Shown here: positions 37,762 through 39,607 of the stretch, piece by piece
Position numbering within the stretch: position 1 is the first letter of the stretch
Layout of the letters: each line of letters starts with the position of its first letter
Sequence record: SRR31156797_77
Direction: 5' to 3' (one strand)
Length of the DNA: 39,607 bases
Translations under genes and position numbers: made by a program
Notes under the pieces: generated by a model
The model's input: only the letters and a program-made list of their open reading frames with translations
What the model was told of the DNA's origin: nothing
Databases searched by the model: none

Positions 37762-38778
37762 TTAGCTTCTCTTGCGCTTAAGCTGATTAGCTTTTTTAGG
37801 TAACTCGTATTTGCGAAGCTTGAATGTTTCACGTGATTTGTTTTTGTTTATGTAGTCTAGCATCACGATTCTTAAACCCTTTAAAACATGCAATGTAATA
37901 ATAAATGTGATTACTTTTACAAACTTTGAAATTACAAAGGAATATCTGAGAAAGTCGTTAGCAGATAAAAAGAAGAAAAATTTGTATGTTAAAACAACTA
38001 CCATCATCATGTAAACCGCATTGATTTTACTCTCTACGAAGCCCTTAGGCGGTACTCTTTTTCTATAATAAGCATATCTGCTGTATATTGCAAGTTTATT
38101 CATTATCATCTCGGCGTTGAAAAACTTCCTTGCTGTTACAAATCTCCAGTAGGCCTCAAAGAAAAGCTCCTCTATAGACACAGAACCTCTTAAATCACCA
38201 AGTATACCTCCGAAATAACAGTAAAGTGAAGATAGCACGTTCTTAACATATATAATATACATCCAACTATATATTAAGTACTCTTGAATAAGAAGAAGCA
38301 AAAATGAAACTACTATGGAAAAGAAAAGTTTAGGTGCGTATAGACTTATATTAATTAGAAAGGTTAATGTATAATAGTTTATATTAAAACTCAAAACCAT
38401 ACCAATTATGGTTACAATAACAACAAACATTATTTGTGTTAAAATTTCGAGCTTGGAAAAAAATGTTTTGATCCCTTTCTCGTCAATAAGATCTCTTTCT
38501 TTTAGCTTTATAACAGGTATGTTTTTTGAAAAAAAATGGTGTGTACTCAAAGATATATGAATTATTAAAAAAAACGTTAAAAACAAAAATAATACCTCAG
38601 CAAAAAAAGGCAAACATTTATGGCATTTAATCAAAAGGTCAATAAATATATCATCCTTTGTTACTAAAAAGAATACAACCAGAGAAAATAGCCACACGGA
38701 GCTTATCCTGTGATTCAATGACAAAATTGTGTTATCAGTAAGTTTGAAATTAAAAAGTGCAAGTGAGGAGTTGTTCAT
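37762..38778 (-). CDS. sdh3: Fused succinate dehydrogenase membrane anchors Sdh3+Sdh4
   Basis: N-terminal ILSLNHRISSV and FLIIHISLSTHHF (Sdh3 SxxHRxxG and H...GxRH); C-terminal LHVLKGLRIVMLDYI (Sdh4 H...G......DY). Confidence 0.75.
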   Translation of the reverse strand: MNNSSLALFNFKLTDNTILSLNHRISSVWLFSLVVFFLVTKDDIFIDLLIKCHKCLPFFAEVLFLFLTFFLIIHISLSTHHFFSKNIPVIKLKERDLIDEKGIKTFFSKLEILTQIMFVVIVTIIGMVLSFNINYYTLTFLINISLYAPKLFFSIVVSFLLLLIQEYLIYSWMYIIYVKNVLSSLYCYFGGILGDLRGSVSIEELFFEAYWRFVTARKFFNAEMIMNKLAIYSRYAYYRKRVPPKGFVESKINAVYMMMVVVLTYKFFFFLSANDFLRYSFVISKFVKVITFIITLHVLKGLRIVMLDYINKNKSRETFKLRKYELPKKANQLKRKRS

Positions 38779-38974
38779 GTTTAAGTTAATAAAATTATGT
38801 GTAATGAAGAAATTTATTTTTTAATAAATGACTAGACCAAAATAAGATCACCTCGAAGTTAAGGAAATTTTCCACTTCATACGTGGTAGAAGACCTAAGT
38901 AGTCCTTTTTACAGCTCGTATAATATTAACGTGTATGTGATCTACCAAGTGAAACCCAGCCAATTTCTTTTGAA

Positions 38975-39262
38975 CTTCAGAAAAAACGCAAGATAAAAAC
39001 TGTGTACTACCACTGTCTTGCATTTCAGCCACGCCCTTTAAAGTAAGAATGAGTCCCACAGGTCACCAGACTACTACTAAAACATTTACGAGGAATATAC
39101 CACAATAGCAAACTTAATTTTACAACCTTATAGTGGAAACAATAAAATGAATAAGCACCTAAATTGAACAAAAATGCCACTAGATGGGTTCACAACCTAT
39201 ACACTTAAAGTGTGACTAGGCACCCTAGAAACTCCTAGTGAAATATTCGTTTTTTTCTGAAG
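38975..39262. other. Structured non-coding element bounded by inverted repeats
   Basis: CTTCAGAAAAAACG (38975-38988) pairs with CGTTTTTTTCTGAAG (39248-39262) with one bulge; internal hairpins and a four-way junction at 39178-39240. Confidence 0.5.
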
Positions 39263-39324
39263 CTTCAGTCAACGTAAATGCTACAAAAAAGATAGTTTTG
39301 TCAAAAGACACACTAATAATAGTG

Positions 39325-39607
39325 GTCTATAACTAATTTTGTTTACTAAGCTCCATCTGTTACCAGATAAACACCTAGATACAAAAACATAAAGTAGTCT
39401 ACTTTTCTTTTTAGAAAATTAGTCTTAAGATTGCCTTCCCACCTATATGCTTTCAGCGGTTATGCAATTGGTATTTAGCCTACCGGCCATGCTGCCGGAA
39501 CAACAACCGGTTAACCAGAGATACCTTCAACCCGGTCCTCTCGTACTAGGGTTGGGACCTTTCAATTTTCCTTACATCCACGGTAGATAGGGACCAAACT
39601 GTCTCAC
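39325..39607 (-). rRNA. rnl: Large-subunit rRNA, 3' end (continues beyond window end)
   Basis: Reverse complement has GTGAGACAGTTTGGTCCCTATCT, the sarcin-ricin loop AGTACGAGAGGACC and ATAACCGCTGAAAGCAT. The 3' boundary is approximate. Confidence 0.96.

Noticed and set aside
38855-39300. Firm rnpB call
   Set aside because: Only loose matches (AAGGAAATTTTCC, GAGGAATATACC, AAATGCCACTAG) to RNase P conserved regions, and I could not form a convincing P4 pairing.

Overview
AT-rich, intron-free, very gene-rich protist mitochondrial DNA in the standard genetic code (trnW has a CCA anticodon; TGA is a stop). The window runs from the 5' half of the SSU rRNA to the 3' end of the LSU rRNA. It holds 24 tRNA genes, cox1, cox3, cox11, cob, sdh2, an apparent sdh3-sdh4 fusion, atp1/3/6/8/9 and about 15 ribosomal protein genes, several greatly expanded. 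Highlights: (1) a mitochondrion-encoded bacterial-type Sec system, with a clear secA, a divergent secY in its ancestral position upstream of rps13-rps11, and weak SecE/SecG candidates; (2) a homologue of the ATP synthase delta/OSCP subunit directly upstream of atp1 whose C-terminal motif lies in the atp1 reading frame, implying a delta-alpha fusion interrupted by a +1 frameshift, plus a weaker epsilon (atpC) candidate after atp3; (3) 11 of 24 tRNAs have acceptor-stem mismatches confined to pairs 1-3, the signature of 5' tRNA editing; (4) a structured non-coding region after the LSU rRNA. All homology calls are by-eye motif comparisons, not database searches. From memory, mitochondrial Sec genes are known in jakobids (secY) and Mantamonas (secA/Y/E/G), so the source is plausibly such a deep-branching protist (inference).
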